Positions 46,690 to 56,993 are shown, numbered from the stretch's first letter. The stretch is 64,000 nucleotides of DNA from a bacterium (GCA_021836725.1 JAKBHL010000006.1:21136-85135), one strand, 5' to 3'. Notes: generated by a model from the letters alone, not told the origin. Made by a program: numbers and translations.

Positions 46690-48380
46690 AATGGCGGCGT
46701 ACGCGGCGGCAGGATCCCGAGATCGCTCCCGATGAGATATTCCTCGACGCATCGAATGCGCCGGATTTTGACCGCGCGCGCTTTGAGGGGCGGCTCGAGA
46801 AACCGCTTTCGCGCGGGACGTTTCTGACGCTCTCGTTCACGCTCGTGCTTCTGCTTGGCATCCTTATCCTCCGCTCATGGAATCTTGAAATCACCAACGG
46901 CGCCGCTTTCGCCGCCGAGAGCGCTCATAACAGCCTTGAAGTGACGACGCTGTTCGCGTCGCGCGGCGTCATCACCGATCGTTACGGGAACGTACTTGCC
47001 GACAACGTCGCAAAAGCGGACGGCAGCACGATACGTAATTACCCGGTGCCTTCTCTTGGTCAGATCATCGGGTATGTCTCATATCCGAAAAAAGATTCAC
47101 ATGGCGTGTATTACGACACGCGCGAGACCGGTATTGCCGGACTTGAAGCGGAATACGATTCATTCCTCGCCGGCACAAACGGCCACATCCTCACCGAGCG
47201 GGACGCGTTCGGCAATATCCGTTCAGAGGGAGGCATCATTCCCGCAAAAGACGGAGGGACGCTCAAGCTCTCGATCGACGGGCCGCTCGAACAGCTGTTT
47301 GCCCGAGCCATTACGGATGTCGCGCGCAAACAGCACTTCATGGCCGGTGCCGGCGTCATCATGGACGTGCACTCCGGTGCCATACGCGCCATTTTTTCCT
47401 ATCCGAGCTACGACCCGAATGTGATGGCGAACGGCGGCCCCGCGGCTGCCATCAACGCCTACAACACCGATCAGGGCTATCCTTTCCTCGATCATGCGGT
47501 GCAGGGCGTGTACGCGCCCGGTTCCATCGTGAAGCCGTTTATCGCTTCCGGAGCGCTCACCGACGGGATCATTACGCCGAGCACCACCATCGACGACCCG
47601 GGCTTCCTTTCGTTGCCCGATCCTTACCATCCCGGCAAGACATTCATCTATAAAGGATGGAAAGCGCTCGGCATAGTCGACGTGAGAAAGGCGATTGCCT
47701 GGTCCTCGGACGTTTTCTTCTACACGGTCGGCGGCGGCTTCGGAAAGCAAAAAGGCCTCGGCATCGACCGGCTCGACTACTGGTACCGGCAATTCGGTTT
47801 CGGGCGGCCGACCGGCATCGATTTGCCGGAAGAAGCGAGCGGGCTGGTCCCGAGTCCCGCATGGAAGGAAAGAACGCTCGGCGAACCGTGGTACCTCGGC
47901 GATACGTACTTCACGGCGATCGGGCAATACTCGATGCAAGTAACGCCGCTCCAGATAGCGCGCGCCACCGCCGCGATAGCCAATGACGGGAAGCTCTATA
48001 CCCCGACTTTGCTCGCCGGGCAGACGCCCTCGTATGTGACCGTGCCGGTCGCCACGTCGACGTTTGCCGTTGTGCGCCAGGGGATGCGCGAGGGTGTAAC
48101 CGGCGCGCTCGCGCAGGCGATCAACCTCCCATATCTGAGCGTGGCGGCAAAGACCGGTACCGCGCAAACAGGCGTACACAACCAGTATGACAATGCGTGG
48201 GTCGAAGGATTTTTCCCGTACCACAATCCGCAATACGCTTTTTCAGTCGTGCTTGAACGGGGACCAAACGGCGCGGGCGAACAGGCGGTGAATGTCATGC
48301 GGGAACTTTTCGACGCTCTTCATGCCGCGAACTCGCCCTACGTCGGCGGAACCGCAACCACCACAGCACTCATACACTAA
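46686..48380 (+). CDS. mrdA: Penicillin-binding protein 2
   Basis: PGSIVK, SSD, KTGTAQ transpeptidase motifs; mre operon context. Confidence 0.92.
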   Translation: MKWRRTRRQDPEIAPDEIFLDASNAPDFDRARFEGRLEKPLSRGTFLTLSFTLVLLLGILILRSWNLEITNGAAFAAESAHNSLEVTTLFASRGVITDRYGNVLADNVAKADGSTIRNYPVPSLGQIIGYVSYPKKDSHGVYYDTRETGIAGLEAEYDSFLAGTNGHILTERDAFGNIRSEGGIIPAKDGGTLKLSIDGPLEQLFARAITDVARKQHFMAGAGVIMDVHSGAIRAIFSYPSYDPNVMANGGPAAAINAYNTDQGYPFLDHAVQGVYAPGSIVKPFIASGALTDGIITPSTTIDDPGFLSLPDPYHPGKTFIYKGWKALGIVDVRKAIAWSSDVFFYTVGGGFGKQKGLGIDRLDYWYRQFGFGRPTGIDLPEEASGLVPSPAWKERTLGEPWYLGDTYFTAIGQYSMQVTPLQIARATAAIANDGKLYTPTLLAGQTPSYVTVPVATSTFAVVRQGMREGVTGALAQAINLPYLSVAAKTGTAQTGVHNQYDNAWVEGFFPYHNPQYAFSVVLERGPNGAGEQAVNVMRELFDALHAANSPYVGGTATTTALIH

Positions 48381-48524
48381 AATCCATCTCAAACCCCCTG
48401 CTCGGGTATGCGGCAGAAAGGAGTACGCCGTCTTTTTGTGCTCAAAAAGCGGCTCGTACTCGCGTCGTCACGCTCCGTAAGCCTCTTTCTGCCGCATACC
48501 CGAGCGGTGGTTTTTGAATGGGTC
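48381..48524 (-). repeat. Structured dispersed repeat, copy 5 (reverse orientation)
   Basis: Reverse complement matches the core of copies 1-3. Confidence 0.9.
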
Positions 48525-48590
48525 CTCAAATTATTGCCTTGCGCTCCGGGCGCCCTCGCGTACAATGTGCGCACCGAACCCACCTAACCT

Positions 48591-49064
48591 ATGGCAGATG
48601 CACAAGATTCCGTCGTCTCACGGGAGAAATTCGATGAGATGGTAAAAGAACTCGAACACCTCAAGACGGTGCGTCGCACCGAGATCGCGAAAAATCTTGA
48701 GTATGCCCGCGCGCTCGGCGATCTTTCGGAAAACGCGGAGTACCAAGAAGCGCGCGACCTGCAGGCCGCAACCGAAGAGCGCATCAAGAAGCTTGAAGAG
48801 TTGGTGAAGTACACGAAGATCGTCACCGAAGGAAAAAAGAAAAGCGAAGTCGGTTTCGGCTCGAAAGTATCGATTAAAAAGGAGGGCAGCACGGAAACGC
48901 ACGAATACACCATCGTCGGGAGCGAAGAAGTCGATATGCGCGTAAAAAAGCTTTCGCATATTTCGCCCTTGGGCGCCGCGCTGATGGGAAAGAAAAAAGG
49001 CGACGTGTTCACGTTCCAAACCCCCGCCGGCAAGCAGACCTATATCATTGAGAAAGTGGGTTAG
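48591..49064 (+). CDS. greA: Transcription elongation factor GreA
   Basis: ARALGDLSENAEY, ISPLG.AL.GKK.GD. Confidence 0.95.
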   Translation: MADAQDSVVSREKFDEMVKELEHLKTVRRTEIAKNLEYARALGDLSENAEYQEARDLQAATEERIKKLEELVKYTKIVTEGKKKSEVGFGSKVSIKKEGSTETHEYTIVGSEEVDMRVKKLSHISPLGAALMGKKKGDVFTFQTPAGKQTYIIEKVG

Positions 49065-49103
49065 GATTTTTTGCCGGCAAGGCCGGATGCTATAGTGATG
49101 CGT

Positions 49104-50558
49104 ATGGCCTTGCTTGAAACGGTGCGCGCCGAAAGGATCGCAAAGATAGGCCGCCTTAAAGCGGCGGGCATGGACGCATATCCGGCTCGCACGCTCCGCA
49201 CGCACGCGATACGCCAGTTTCTCGAGCAGCACGGGGCACTGGAGAAGGACGGCGAGCAAGTTACGCTTGCCGGACGCGTGCTATCGATACGCGAGCACGG
49301 AGGATCGCTCTTCATCGATCTTTTTGACGGGACAAAAGGGCAGTGTTACGTGCAGCGCGATAAGCTCGGAGATTTTGCTTACGACCTTTTCGGCGGTACG
49401 GTCGATACCGGCGACATCATCGAGTGCACGGGGATCGCGTTCACGACGAAACGCGGCATGCCGTCTTTGGACGCGACCGGATGGCGCATGCTCGCGAAAT
49501 CGCTCCGGCCTCTGCCGGACGAGTGGTACGGCATCAAGGACGAAGACGAGCGCTATCGGAAACGCTATCTCGATATTTTGCTGTCAAAAGATTTGGCAGA
49601 CCGCTTCCGCCGGCGTTCCGCGTTCTGGAACACCATCCGTTCGTACCTTCTCGAGAGGGATTTCGTCGAAGTGGAAACACCGGTGCTCGAAACGACCACC
49701 GGCGGCGCCGAAGCGCGCCCGTTTGTCACGCACCACAACGCGCTTGATCTGGATGTCTACTTGCGCATCTCGGTCGGAGAACTGTGGCAGAAACGGCTCA
49801 TGGTCGCGGGCCTTCCGAAGACCTTCGAGATAGGCCGCGTGTTCCGCAACGAAGGAATGTCGGCCGAACATGCTCAGGATTACACGGCGGTCGAGTTCTA
49901 TGAAGCGTTCAAAGATTATGAGGCGGGTATGGCCATGATCGTCGACCTGTACCGTACGATCGCCGATACGGTGTACGGCACGCAGGTTTTTTCAATCAAG
50001 GATTTCACTATCGACTTGAGCAAAGAGTGGGAGAAGTATGATTTCTGCGCGCTTTTGCGGAAAGAGTACGGCCTTGATCCGCTCGATGAAGACGCGGATT
50101 GGGCTTCGGTTCTTGCGCAAAAGGGCATCCCGTTTGAGAAGGGCGTCGAGAAGGGACGATTGGTCGATACCGCATGGAAACAGATCCGGAAGACCCTCGC
50201 CGGCCCCGGGTTCCTCGTAAACGTACCGGTCTACATGGAGCCGCTCGCAAAAAGGAGCTCGAAAGACCCGCGCATCGTGGAGCGTTTCCAAGTCGTGCTC
50301 GCCGGAAGCGAAAATGGCAAGGGGTTCAGCGAACTGAACGATCCGGTCGATCAGGCGGAACGTTTTGCGCGCCAACAGAGACTGCGCGAAGCGGGAGATG
50401 AAGAGGCGCAAATGCCGGATGCCGAATTCGTCGAGGCGCTTGAATACGGCATGCCGCCGGCATTCGGCTTCGGCGTGTCCGAACGCCTCTTAAGCTTCCT
50501 CGAGGGGGTGTCGATACGGGAAGGACAGCTGTTTCCTCTTTTGCGGCCCCGACAATAA
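49104..50558 (+). CDS. lysS: Lysyl-tRNA synthetase (class II)
   Basis: RYRKRYLD, GGAEARPF.THHN, FRNEG, ELNDP, ALEYGMPP. Confidence 0.96.
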   Translation: MALLETVRAERIAKIGRLKAAGMDAYPARTLRTHAIRQFLEQHGALEKDGEQVTLAGRVLSIREHGGSLFIDLFDGTKGQCYVQRDKLGDFAYDLFGGTVDTGDIIECTGIAFTTKRGMPSLDATGWRMLAKSLRPLPDEWYGIKDEDERYRKRYLDILLSKDLADRFRRRSAFWNTIRSYLLERDFVEVETPVLETTTGGAEARPFVTHHNALDLDVYLRISVGELWQKRLMVAGLPKTFEIGRVFRNEGMSAEHAQDYTAVEFYEAFKDYEAGMAMIVDLYRTIADTVYGTQVFSIKDFTIDLSKEWEKYDFCALLRKEYGLDPLDEDADWASVLAQKGIPFEKGVEKGRLVDTAWKQIRKTLAGPGFLVNVPVYMEPLAKRSSKDPRIVERFQVVLAGSENGKGFSELNDPVDQAERFARQQRLREAGDEEAQMPDAEFVEALEYGMPPAFGFGVSERLLSFLEGVSIREGQLFPLLRPRQ

Positions 50559-50635
50559 GCCGTTCTCTCACTACGGCGCGGGCTTTGCCCGCGCCGTTTT
50601 CCGTATAAAAGCCAGACTCTACCTGGCCGCCTGCT

Positions 50636-50728
50636 GTGGGCGATATGGGGATAACTTAAATATGGGAAGTGGGGGAAAGTGGTATATAATCCACTAATGG
50701 TTAGCAGAGTGGGAAACGGGAGTGGTGG
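50636..50728 (+). promoter_or_regulatory. mraZ promoter with GTGG(G) repeats (MraZ-binding) and a -10 box
   Basis: GTGGG at 50669 and GTGG at 50679 (10-nt spacing), further GTGG copies nearby, TATAAT at 50685-50690. Confidence 0.65.
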
Positions 50729-50761
50729 CCTGTTTTCTCCTCACGCAACCTGACCCACACC

Positions 50762-51196
50762 ATGTTTCTCGGAGAATACCTTCACACTTTCGATTCCAAG
50801 AATAGGATTTCGATCCCTTCGAAATTCCGAAAGGATCTGGGCCGCGTCGTCGTCGTGACGCGCGGCCTCGATCATTGTTTGTACGTCTATTCTCGCAAAG
50901 CGTGGGAAAAAGAAGCGCGGACGTATGCGGAGGCGGTGAACGGGAGCGCTGCGCGCCGCGGCCTCGCCCGCCTTTTCCTCGCCGGTTCCTCCGAAGCCGA
51001 GGTCGATAAGTCGGGCCGCGTGCTGATCCCCGAACACCTAAAATCGTTCGCCTCCCTGCGGGAGATGGCAGTCATCGCCGGCGTTGCCGATCGGGTCGAG
51101 ATCTGGGAAGAGAACGCATGGAAAAAGTACACGGCCGCCATCGAACGAGACGCCGATGCTTTCGCGGAAACGCTCGGCGCAAGCGTCCGAAACTGA
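50762..51196 (+). CDS. mraZ: Transcriptional regulator MraZ
   Basis: MFLGEY.H..D.K.R..IP.KFR, D..GRVLIP, G..DRVEIW. Confidence 0.96.
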   Translation: MFLGEYLHTFDSKNRISIPSKFRKDLGRVVVVTRGLDHCLYVYSRKAWEKEARTYAEAVNGSAARRGLARLFLAGSSEAEVDKSGRVLIPEHLKSFASLREMAVIAGVADRVEIWEENAWKKYTAAIERDADAFAETLGASVRN

Positions 51197-51197
51197 T

Positions 51198-52154
51198 ATG
51201 GAGGCCCGCCATGACAGCGTACTCATGAGGGAGGTGCTAGAAGCGCTCGCGGTGCATCCTGGCGAGACGGTCGTCGATGCGACGCTCGGCGGAGCGGGGC
51301 ACTTCGCCGCGCTTCTTGGCGCGCTTGGAGCGGGCGGCGTCATCGTCGGTATTGATGCCGATCCGGCGGCGGTCGAACGCGCCCGCGCGGCATACGCGCT
51401 TGATCGCCGCAGCGACCGCCCGATTGCGCATCTGGTGAATGACAATTTCCGTAACCTCTCGCGCATACTCGAACGGCTTCGCATCGCTCCGGTCGACAAG
51501 ATCCTTTTTGATCTCGGCTGGAGCGGGTATCAGATTGCCGCGCCGCGCGGATTCTCTTTCGGGGGCGACGAGCCGCTCCTTATGAATTATGACGAAAACG
51601 GCGAGACAGCGGCTGACATCGTCAATACGTATACCGAAGAAGCGCTCGCCGACCTCATATTCACGTACGGCGAAGAACGTTTCGCGCGCGGCATCGCACA
51701 CGCCATCGTCAAAGCGCGTTCCAAAGAGCGGATACTCACCACTGGCGCGCTTGTCAGGGCGGTGCGCGCCGGGACGCCGGCCTGGTATCAAACACGGAAA
51801 ATCCATCCGGCCACGAAAACGTTCCAGGCGCTGCGCATCGCCGTCAATGACGAGCTCCAGAGCTTGCGCGAGGGGCTCGGGGCCGCGCTCGATGCGCTCG
51901 CGCCGAAAGGCCGCCTGGCGATTATCTCTTTCCACAGCATCGAAGACCGTATCGTGAAAAGCATGCTGCGTGATGCGGTGCACGCGGGGTTCGGTTCGCT
52001 TTCGCCGAAAAAGCCCATCGTGCCGACGCGCGCGGAAATTCTTTCGAACCGACGAGCGCGAAGCGCGAAGCTTCGCGTTTTTGAACGGGTTGCGGCGGCG
52101 ATACCCGTCGAATCCGTCCCGTCCCACACCTCTTCTTTTTCTTATGCCCAGTAA
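51198..52154 (+). CDS. rsmH: 16S rRNA m4C1402 methyltransferase
   Basis: H.SVL..EV, VDATLGGAGH, FDLG.S, HPATKTFQALRI.VN, ISFHSIEDR, RARSAKLR. Confidence 0.96.
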   Translation: MEARHDSVLMREVLEALAVHPGETVVDATLGGAGHFAALLGALGAGGVIVGIDADPAAVERARAAYALDRRSDRPIAHLVNDNFRNLSRILERLRIAPVDKILFDLGWSGYQIAAPRGFSFGGDEPLLMNYDENGETAADIVNTYTEEALADLIFTYGEERFARGIAHAIVKARSKERILTTGALVRAVRAGTPAWYQTRKIHPATKTFQALRIAVNDELQSLREGLGAALDALAPKGRLAIISFHSIEDRIVKSMLRDAVHAGFGSLSPKKPIVPTRAEILSNRRARSAKLRVFERVAAAIPVESVPSHTSSFSYAQ

Positions 52155-52488
52155 CACGATCGCGCAAAAGCGTCCTCTTCACGCACGCCGCAGCGCTGAC
52201 GCGTTTCGTTTCCGTCTCCCGTTTTCTCCGGTATCGCTCTGTTTTGGGGCGGTTGCGGTCCTTGCCATCACCTATATCGGCCTCATCGCGGTCGTCATGA
52301 GCTATGCGGTACTCACCGTTGAATTTTCTCAATCGGTGAGGAATGACGAAGCAACGGTTGCCACGCTCGAGTCGCAGTATCTTACGGCCGTCGCACAGAT
52401 TACGGATACGAATTACGTTGCGGCAGGTTACGCGAAACCGATCGCGAAAATCTTCGTACCGACGCAGAGTGCGACCGCATTGCGCTAG
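52144..52488 (+). CDS. FtsL-like cell division protein
   Basis: Single TM plus coiled coil, located between rsmH and ftsI. Confidence 0.65.
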   Translation: MPSNTIAQKRPLHARRSADAFRFRLPFSPVSLCFGAVAVLAITYIGLIAVVMSYAVLTVEFSQSVRNDEATVATLESQYLTAVAQITDTNYVAAGYAKPIAKIFVPTQSATALR

Positions 52489-52494
52489 TACTTC

Positions 52495-54252
52495 ATGCGA
52501 GCGCAGTTCCGCATCCGCATCCGTCTCGTCCTTGCTTTCGTCGTCTTCATCGCTTTTCTCATCCTGGCGCGCCTTTATTTCATCCAGATAGTGCAGGGGC
52601 AAGACTATGCGCAAAAGGCGGACCAGCAATTCGCTTCAAACGGCAGCGGGCTTTTCGATAGGGGTTCGATCTATTTCACGCGCAAGGACGGCACGCTCAT
52701 TTCCGCGGCAACGCTCGCGAGCGGTTACCTCGTGGCGATAAATCCGCAAACGCTCGTTGATCCCGAGGCCGCCTATGCCGCGATAACTTCCGTCGCCTCT
52801 TCTTCGCTTTCGCTTACGCATGCGGCGTTTCTTGCCGCCGCCGCAAAGAAGACCCAGGTCTATATCGAAGTCGCGCACCATCTTTCAGATGCGGAGGGGA
52901 CGGCGCTCGCTGCCATGGGAGTCCCCGGCGTGCAAGTGCTGCGCGAGCGCTGGCGGTATTATCCCGGCAATACGCTTGCCGCGCAGACGATCGGCATCGT
53001 TTCGTACGGTTCCGGCGCCACGCTCACCGGCCAAACCGGCCTTGAGGCGACCTATGACAGCACGCTCTCGCGTTCGGGGGATGTATTATATAAAAACTTT
53101 TTTGCCGAACTCTTCTCGAACGTCGGCCGGCTTCTGGTGAATACGCAAGACGCGCACCAGGGCGATATCGTAACGACAATCGAACCGGAGGTGGAGATGC
53201 GGCTCGCCGCCGATCTTGCAAAAGTGAATACGAAGTATTCGAGCATAGGTTCCGGCGGCATCATCATGGATACGAAAACCGGCGCCATACTCGCCCTCGC
53301 AAGCTATCCGACTTTTAACGAGAACGACCTCCAGAACATCAACCCGCAGATTCTGAGCAATCCGTTGGTTGAGCACGTCTTCGAATACGGTTCAATCATG
53401 AAGCCCATAACGATGGCTTCGGCGCTTACCGCCGGCGTCGTAACACCGCAGACGACGTATAACGACACCGGGTGTATTCACGTCGACGGCAATCGCATCT
53501 GCAACTGGAATTATAGATCGCACGGGGCGTACGGCATCATTCCCATGCAAACGATCATCGAACAGTCGCTCAACGTGGGCGCCTCGTGGGTGGCGGAGCA
53601 GCTCGGCCAACAAAAATTCAGGGACTATTTCACGAAAATCTTCGGACAAAAGACCGGTATCGATCTCCCGCATGAGACCGATGCGCTCATCGGGAACCTT
53701 TATAAACCTCAGCAGATCTATTACGATACGGCTGCGTTCGGGGAAGGGATCGCAGTGACGCCGGTACAGATGATCCGTGCCCTCGGCGCGATCGCCAATC
53801 ATGGCGTGATGATGACCCCGCACCTCGTGAGCGCGATACGGCTCAATTCAGGCGTCGTCCAAAAGTTGGACTGGGGCCCGGGTACTCGGGTTTTTTCCGC
53901 CGCAGCCGCGCGCGAGACAACCGTCATGATGGATGCGCTTTGGGACAAGGCGCTCATCGTCAACGGCGTATCGGCGCGGATCCCGACCATGTCCGTTGCG
54001 GCAAAAACCGGTACCGCGCAATTGCCGACGCCGACCGGCGGGTATTACAACGATAAGTTTTTCAACTCCGAAGTCGCCTTTTTCCCGTCGTTTGATCCGC
54101 GCTTCATCATCCTCCTCTATACCGATGACCCCAAGCACGTCATCTACGCGGAGCAATCGCTCTCGACATCGCTGCTTGACCTCGTGCATTTTCTTATAAA
54201 TTATTATAACGTGCCACCTGATCGCGGCTTTGCGACCACGACATCCCCATGA
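52495..54252 (+). CDS. ftsI: Penicillin-binding protein 3 (FtsI)
   Basis: DRGSI, GSIMK, SLN, KTGTAQ; dcw context. Confidence 0.9.
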   Translation: MRAQFRIRIRLVLAFVVFIAFLILARLYFIQIVQGQDYAQKADQQFASNGSGLFDRGSIYFTRKDGTLISAATLASGYLVAINPQTLVDPEAAYAAITSVASSSLSLTHAAFLAAAAKKTQVYIEVAHHLSDAEGTALAAMGVPGVQVLRERWRYYPGNTLAAQTIGIVSYGSGATLTGQTGLEATYDSTLSRSGDVLYKNFFAELFSNVGRLLVNTQDAHQGDIVTTIEPEVEMRLAADLAKVNTKYSSIGSGGIIMDTKTGAILALASYPTFNENDLQNINPQILSNPLVEHVFEYGSIMKPITMASALTAGVVTPQTTYNDTGCIHVDGNRICNWNYRSHGAYGIIPMQTIIEQSLNVGASWVAEQLGQQKFRDYFTKIFGQKTGIDLPHETDALIGNLYKPQQIYYDTAAFGEGIAVTPVQMIRALGAIANHGVMMTPHLVSAIRLNSGVVQKLDWGPGTRVFSAAAARETTVMMDALWDKALIVNGVSARIPTMSVAAKTGTAQLPTPTGGYYNDKFFNSEVAFFPSFDPRFIILLYTDDPKHVIYAEQSLSTSLLDLVHFLINYYNVPPDRGFATTTSP

Positions 54253-55523
54253 AAAATTTCTTCAAATCCATCGTTGCAATCGTGCTCTGGCTCTTCGCAC
54301 GCGCCGTGGTGCGCCGCTACCGGCCGCATATCGTGATGGTTACCGGTTCGGTGGGGAAGACGTCGACCAAAGACGCCGTTGCGGCGGTTCTGTCCGCGCG
54401 CTTTTTTGTTCGCAAAAGCGAAAAGAGTTTCAATAGCGAATTCGGCGTCCCGTTCACCATCCTCGGGGTGGGGAATCCATGGGGTAACCCGTTCGCGTGG
54501 ATAGCGCTCGTAAAGAGCGCTATCGCGCTTCTCATTTTGCCGAATCATTACCCGAACATGCTCGTGCTTGAAACGGGCGCGGATCGCTCCGGCGATCTCG
54601 CCCGGATATTGCGCATCGCAACGCCGGACACGGTCGTCGTAACGCGTTTGCCCGAGATACCGGTGCACGTCGAGGCGTATGCTTCGCCCGAAGCCGTGCG
54701 GGAAGAGGAGTTTTCTCCCGCATACGCGCTTCCTCCCGCGGCACCGCTTATCATTCCGGCCGATGATCCCTATGCGTCCGACATGGCGATGCGCACCCAG
54801 GCGCGCGTCATCTCCTACGGCGTCGCGGATAGTGCCACCGTGCGCATCAGCAACGCCGATTTCTACGACCATGAAGGAAACGTCGCCGGCATGAGCGCGG
54901 ACGTCGTCGCAGGGGATGAGCACGGCAGCCTTCGCGTACGCGGTTCGGTCGGGAAAACGCAGCTGCTTCCGGCCGCCGCCGCGCTCGCGGTTGCGCGCGC
55001 ATTCCTCATACCGCTTTCGGAGGCATTGGGCGCGCTCGAAAGTTACGAACCCCCGCCGGGCCGCGGCCGGCTTCTTGCGGGGAAGAACGATTCGATCATC
55101 ATCGATGATTCCTATAACGCATCGCCGGCGGCGGTTGAGGAAGCGCTCGCCACCCTGAAGGCGTTTCCGCGCGCTCGCCGGCGCATCGCCGTGCTCGGCG
55201 ACATGCTTGAGCTCGGGCGCTATTCGGTGATGGAACACGAACACATCGGCGCGGTGGCCGGTGCCGCGGCCGACATGATCATCGCGGTCGGTATCCGTGC
55301 GCGCGCATTCGCCCACGCTTCCGGAGACTCGAAAGTGTTATCGTTCGATAATTCCCGCGCCGCCTCGCTCGCCCTTGCTGATATCGTTCGTGCCGGCGAT
55401 GTTGTTCTCGTGAAAGGTTCCCAATCTATCCGCACCGAACGCATCGTGGAGGCGCTTCTCGCAAATTCCGCCGATGCTTCGCGCCTCGTCCGTCAGGAGA
55501 AAAAATGGAAGCAAAAAGCGTGA
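54249..55523 (+). CDS. murF: UDP-MurNAc-tripeptide:D-Ala-D-Ala ligase
   Basis: VTGSVGKTSTK, N...GVP.T, IDDSYNASP, LGDMLELG, LVKGS. Confidence 0.95.
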   Translation: MKNFFKSIVAIVLWLFARAVVRRYRPHIVMVTGSVGKTSTKDAVAAVLSARFFVRKSEKSFNSEFGVPFTILGVGNPWGNPFAWIALVKSAIALLILPNHYPNMLVLETGADRSGDLARILRIATPDTVVVTRLPEIPVHVEAYASPEAVREEEFSPAYALPPAAPLIIPADDPYASDMAMRTQARVISYGVADSATVRISNADFYDHEGNVAGMSADVVAGDEHGSLRVRGSVGKTQLLPAAAALAVARAFLIPLSEALGALESYEPPPGRGRLLAGKNDSIIIDDSYNASPAAVEEALATLKAFPRARRRIAVLGDMLELGRYSVMEHEHIGAVAGAAADMIIAVGIRARAFAHASGDSKVLSFDNSRAASLALADIVRAGDVVLVKGSQSIRTERIVEALLANSADASRLVRQEKKWKQKA

Positions 55524-55553
55524 CCAGTTTGCGCCCGTATTTTTACGTGAAGC

Positions 55554-56102
55554 TCAGTTGGGCACCGTGCACGTCCCGCCAAAAGAGATAGCAAAAGCAT
55601 AGTCATCACCAAGCCCGTTATAGATGGTGTCGGGCGACGAGATTCCAGATCCGGCACCGCTATTGATATTGCCGTCAAGGATACCATCCGGTCCAGCGGA
55701 GTACACCATGTCATAGCGGCACGGTTCGGCTGGAATCTCACCTTCATTTTCATCCAGGGTGTAGGGATTGCCCCACGGGTCAACCGGCGGCGTTTTAAAC
55801 CCAATTTTCGCCCAGCTGGAAGCATTTGTTGCCAATGCCGCCGTTTGCGATTTCATCGTTTGGGTCGTATTAAAAGCGCAATCGGTACACCAATTGCCAG
55901 TAAGAGTCCCGAGCGTGGTGACTCGAGTCATATCTATCTGTATTTCTATGCTATGTGCGTCCGCCTGCAATTTAGCAATCTGTCCTTTTTGTCGAGCGGT
56001 GTTCAATGCAGCAAGCACTACCGAAGATAGCAGGCCGATGATGGCGATGACAACGAGGAGCTCGATGAGAGTAAATCCTTTCGTAATCGAAAAACGCGTC
56101 AT
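55554..56102 (-). CDS. Type IV pilin / GspG-like prepilin
   Basis: KGFTLIELLVVIAIIGLL; DPWGNPY. Confidence 0.92.
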   Translation of the reverse strand: MTRFSITKGFTLIELLVVIAIIGLLSSVVLAALNTARQKGQIAKLQADAHSIEIQIDMTRVTTLGTLTGNWCTDCAFNTTQTMKSQTAALATNASSWAKIGFKTPPVDPWGNPYTLDENEGEIPAEPCRYDMVYSAGPDGILDGNINSGAGSGISSPDTIYNGLGDDYAFAISFGGTCTVPN

Positions 56103-56109
56103 AAGAACG

Positions 56110-56364
56110 TTAGTTCTGAGAACCGGGCAATGTTAATTTTTGAGGCACATTTTTCGGTATATGTATCTGTGAGCCGCTCATAAACAGAGGGAGTATGAAA
56201 GCAAGAATTACCATGAACGCCGCACTGCCCAACAAAACATACTCCGCTTGTTTCTTGGTAGAAACCACGCCGGTGGCTAACACGAGCCGGATAAAAGGCG
56301 AGGCATCCGCAGGATGCTCGCGCTGCGGGTATTGAGGCTCTTCGTCAAATTGAATGCCTGCCAT
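56110..56364 (-). CDS. Small membrane protein
   Basis: 84 aa with one TM, directly upstream of the pilin. Confidence 0.65.
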   Translation of the reverse strand: MAGIQFDEEPQYPQREHPADASPFIRLVLATGVVSTKKQAEYVLLGSAAFMVILAFILPLFMSGSQIHIPKNVPQKLTLPGSQN

Positions 56365-56480
56365 AGCAATATAGTAGGATCATACTCGAGCATATTCTAA
56401 CATCCGTTCCGCCCATTGTGCGTAACGCATTAACTCCCCGCATTGCTTTCGGAAGCGTTAAGAATAAGCATTCCTATTAC

Positions 56481-56555
56481 TGGTGACCCTACAGAGAATC
56501 GAACTCTGATTTGATCCTTGAGAAGGATCCGTCCTAGCCGTTAGACGATAGGGCC
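56481..56555 (-). tRNA. tRNA-Glu (CTC)
   Basis: GGCCCTA acceptor, GATCC-TTCTCAA-GGATC anticodon arm, GTTCGATTC T-loop, encoded CCA. Confidence 0.95.
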
Positions 56556-56656
56556 GCAGGCGCACATGTATCACCGAGTGCACCGGTGTGCGTTTTATAA
56601 CAGAAAAAGACGGAGGAGGGAAGCATGAAATGCGCGAGCGGCTGACCGCTCGCGCA

Positions 56657-56947
56657 TCACTGCAGCGACTTCGGGTCGGGCGGGAGAATGTCTCCTTCTT
56701 CCGATTCGCTATACAGGGTTTCGGCGGTCTCCACGGCGGCTTTCTTCGCGTCCTCCGCGAGCATCTCCGCCCGCAACGCGTCCTCTTGCTGCTGCTGGTT
56801 TCGTTTCAGGCGGTTTGATTCCGCCGCCGCCGCGCCGCCCTTACGGGACATGTTCCGGTGCCGCCGTATGGCGTCGGGGTTGTCTCTCGCGGTTTCCTGT
56901 ATAAGCCTCTGAACCGCCGCCGGCCTTCTTTCTGCTGGATTTTTCAT
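56657..56947 (-). CDS. Hypothetical protein
   Basis: 96-aa hydrophilic ORF with a GAGGA RBS. Confidence 0.55.
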   Translation of the reverse strand: MKNPAERRPAAVQRLIQETARDNPDAIRRHRNMSRKGGAAAAESNRLKRNQQQQEDALRAEMLAEDAKKAAVETAETLYSESEEGDILPPDPKSLQ

Positions 56948-56993
56948 ACGGGTTCCTCGCGCTTACGTCCGTCTCAATTACACACCCATCCCG

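Noticed and set aside
55516-55525. GTGACC at the murF stop as a tRNA-Glu att duplicate
   Set aside because: Only about 6 bp match, which is expected by chance.
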